A stretch of 64,000 nucleotides of DNA. Origin: Eledone cirrhosa (lineage: Eukaryota). Where the stretch lies: NCBI GenBank assembly GCA_964016885.1, contig OZ024759.1, forward strand, positions 496,001 through 560,000, read 5' to 3'. Of this stretch, positions 61,401 to 64,000 are shown in pieces (the first letter of the stretch is position 1; each line of letters starts with the position of its first letter). Both the position numbers and the translations under genes were made by a program. The notes beneath the pieces are model-generated. The model was not told the DNA's origin. It did no database searches and worked only from the letters and a program-made list of their open reading frames with translations.

Positions 61401-64000
61401 CATGACAAAGTCTATATTAGTAACATGACAAAGTCTATATTAGTAACATGACACAGTCTATATTAGTAACATGACAAAGTCTATATTAGTAACATGAAAC
61501 AGTCTATATTAGTAACATGACAAAGTCTATATTAGTAACATGACACTGTCTATATTATTAACTTGACAAAGTCTATATTAGTAACATGACACAGTCTATA
61601 TTAGTAACATGACACAGTCTATATTAGTAACATGACAAAGTCTATATTAGTAGCATGACAAAGTCTATATTAGTAACATGACAAAGTCTATATTAGTAAC
61701 ATGACACAGTCTATATTAGTAACATGACAAAGACTATATTAGTAACATGACACAGTCTATATTAGTAACATGACAAAGTCTATATTAGTAACATGACAGT
61801 CTATATTCGTAACATGACAGTCTATATTAGTAGCATGACAAAGTCTATATTAGTAACATGACAAAGTCATATTAGTAACATGACACAGTCTATATTAGTA
61901 ACATGACACAGTCTATATTAGTAACATGACACAGTCTATATTAGTAACATGACACAGTCTATATTAGTAACATGACAAAGTCTATATTAGTAACATGACA
62001 AAGTCTATATTAGTAACATGACAGTTTATATTAGTAACATGACACAGTCTATATTAGTAACATGACATAGTCTATATTAGTAACATGACAAAGTCTATAT
62101 TAGTAACATGACAGTCTATATTGTAACATGACACAGTCTATATTAGTAACATGACACAGTCTATATTAGTAACATGACAGTCTATATTAGTAACATGACA
62201 AAGTCTATATTAGTAACATGACAAAGTCTATATTAGTAGCATGACAAAGTCTATATTAGTAACATGACAAAGTCTATATTAGTAACATGACACAGTCTAT
62301 ATTAGTAACATGACAAAGTCTATATTAGTAACATGACAAAGTCTATATTAGTAACATGAAACAGTCTATATTAGTAACATGACAAAGTCTATATTAGTAA
62401 CATGACACTGTCTATATTAGTAACATGAAAAAGTCTATATTAGTAACATGACACAGTCTATATTAGTAACATGACACAGTCTATATTAGTAACATGACAA
62501 AGTCTATATTAGTGGCATGACAAAGTCTATATTAGTAACATGACAAAGTCTATATTAGTAACATGACACAGTCTATATTAGTAACATGACAAATACTATA
62601 TTAGTAACATGACACAGTCTATATTAGTAACATGACAAAGTCTATATTAGTAACATGACAGTCTATATTAGTAACATGACAGTCTATATTAGTAGCATGA
62701 CAAAGTCTATATTAGTAACATGACAAAGTCATATTAGTAACATGACACAGTCTATATTAGTAACATGACAAAGTCTATATTAGTAACATGACACAGTCTA
62801 TATTAGTAACATGACACAGTCTATATTAGTAACATGACAAAGTCTATATTAGTAACATGACAAAGTCTATATTAGTAACATGACACAGTTTATATTAGTA
62901 ACATGACACAGTCTATATTAGTAACATGACATAGTCTATATTAGTAACATGACAAAGTCTATATTAGTAACATGACAGTCTATATTGTAACATGACACAG
63001 TCTATATTAGTAACATGACACAGTCTATATTAGTAACATGACAGTCTATATTAGTAACATGACAAAGTCTATATTAGTAACATGACAAAGTCTATATTAG
63101 TAACATGACAAAGTCTATATTAGTAACATGACAAAGTCTAGATTAGTAACTTGACACAGTCTATATTAGTAACATGACATAGTCTATATTAGTAGCATGA
63201 CACAGTCTATATTAGTAACATGACAGAGTCTATATTAGTAACATGACAGTCTATATTAGTAACATGACAAAGTCTATATTAGTAGCATGACAAAGTCTAT
63301 ATTAGTAACATGACACAGTCTATATTAGTAACATGACAATCTATATTAGTAACATGACACAGTCTATATTAGTAACATGACAAAGTCTATATTAGTAACA
63401 TGACAAAGTCTATATTAGTAACATGACACAGTCTATATTAGTAACATGACACAGTCTATATTAATAACATGACAAAGTCTATATTAGTAACATGACACAG
63501 TCTATATTAGTAACATGACATAGTCTATATTAGTAACGTGACACAGTCTATATTAGTAACATGACAAAGTCTATATTAGTAGCATGACAAAGTCTATATT
63601 AGTAACATGACAAAGTCTATATTAGTAACATGACACAGTCTATATTAGTAACATGACAAAGTCTATATTAGTAACATGACAAAGTCTATATTAGTAACAT
63701 GACAGTCTATATTAGTAACATGACAAAGTCTCTATTAGTAACATGACAAAGTCTATATTAGTAACATGACAGTCTATATTAGTAACATAACAAAGTCTAT
63801 ATTAGTAACATGACAGTCTATATTGTAACATGACACAGTCTATATTAGTAACATGACACAGTCTATATTAGTAACATGACATAGTCTATATTAGTAACAT
63901 GACAAAGTCTATATTAGTAACAAGACAGTCTATATTGTAACACGACACAGTCTATATTAGTAATATGACACAGTCTATATTAGAAACATGACAGTCTATA
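54950..64000 (+). repeat. ~9-kb block homologous to ~36.05-45.0 kb (offset 18,910-18,996), truncated by the window end
   Basis: GAAACAG 36197/55107 (18,910), GACTTAG 40016/58970 (18,954), GAAACAG 41565/60494 (18,929) and 42546/61496 (18,950), CAAGAC 44925/63921 (18,996). The offset changes are explained by monomer-sized indels (+44, -25, +21, +46). Confidence 0.88.

Larger units (their letters stand above)
1..64000 (+). repeat. 23-bp tandem satellite array (~2,800 monomers), consensus CATGACA(A/C)AGTCTATATTAGTAA, running off both window ends
   Basis: The motif GTCTATATTAGT recurs every 20-23 nt from the first to the last line, always in the same orientation. Common monomers: GAC-AAA-GTC and GAC-ACA-GTC (23 bp), GAC-A-GTC (21 bp), a TAGTAGCATG substitution, GTCATATTAG (22 bp), and TATTGTAA within the short unit (20 bp). 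No unique sequence was seen. Confidence 0.99.

Noticed and set aside
1670-62435. Singleton variants (e.g. TATCCAG ~1678, CATGGC ~2991, TCTAATA ~7724, GATAAAAG ~20851, TAGTTGC ~21911, ATTACTA ~24844, TTTTAATT ~46680, ATTATTA ~61554, GAAAAAG ~62427)
   Set aside because: These cannot be distinguished from base-calling errors without reads, and no structure is attached to them.
1-64000. CRISPR array or other repeat-spacer memory system
   Set aside because: The monomer length is CRISPR-like, but there are no unique spacers. The variable part is 1-3 nt with a handful of recurring states, and there is no leader or cas gene. The order of variants is explained by duplication.
1-64000. Repetitive protein-coding ORF on either strand
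   Set aside because: On the plus strand, TGA, TAG and TAA lie in one frame per monomer, and the 23-bp period rotates them through all frames, leaving only tens of codons at most. The minus strand (TTACTAATATAGACTTTGTCATG) has TAA and TAG in two different frames per monomer. The ATG in each unit starts only tiny ORFs.
1-64000. Telomerase-templated long telomeric repeat (some budding yeasts have 20-26 bp units)
   Set aside because: There is no G-rich strand (G and C are about equal). The length and the inherited multi-kb variant patterns indicate recombinational or replicative amplification, not templated addition.
1-64000. Resemblance of CTATATTAGT to the Plasmodium falciparum subtelomeric rep20 (21-bp) repeat as I recall it
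   Set aside because: The match is only about 10 AT-rich nucleotides, recalled from memory and not verified. rep20 is a degenerate 21-mer, whereas this is a highly homogeneous 23-mer. An alignment would be needed.
1-64000. TATA-like (CTATATT) promoter motifs or plasmid iteron-like repeats
   Set aside because: These motifs are expected by chance in an AT-rich monomer. There is no associated gene or rep protein, and thousands of copies are incompatible with iterons.
1-64000. Pure sequencing artefact (rolling-circle or concatemer)
   Set aside because: Rare variants recur in consistent, nested, phylogenetically ordered patterns, which random error or a single circular template would not give. 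Individual duplications may still be mis-assembled.
1-64000. Intrinsic curvature from phased A-tracts
   Set aside because: A-runs are only 2-3 nt, and the 23-bp period is out of phase with the ~10.5-bp helical repeat.

Overview
The whole 64 kb window is one uninterrupted, head-to-tail tandem satellite array. It extends past both window edges and keeps one orientation throughout. The consensus monomer is 23 bp, CATGAC(A[A/C]A)GTCTATATTAGT(A/G)A-type (most often CATGACAAAGTCTATATTAGTAA or CATGACACAGTCTATATTAGTAA), about 26-30% GC. Recurrent 21, 22 and 20 bp deletion variants occur, and there are roughly 2,800 copies (estimated from length). I see no protein-coding gene, RNA gene, transposon or CRISPR array, and every reading frame is closed within a few units. 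The information lies in the order of variant monomers. They form conserved cassettes and nested segmental duplications with offsets of about 1.45, 2.4-2.5, 3.6-3.7, 5.25, 7.7, 9.4 and 18.9 kb. There is a layered domain structure: the 5' end (1-3.7 kb) and the 42.8-55 kb and 61.8-64 kb domains share rare variants that I did not see in the more homogeneous central region. This looks like eukaryotic (peri)centromeric or subtelomeric satellite DNA, but that is inference, and the organism and family cannot be identified from the sequence alone. The sequence does not support a new gene-based biological system. All coordinates and offsets were read by eye, so duplication boundaries are approximate.
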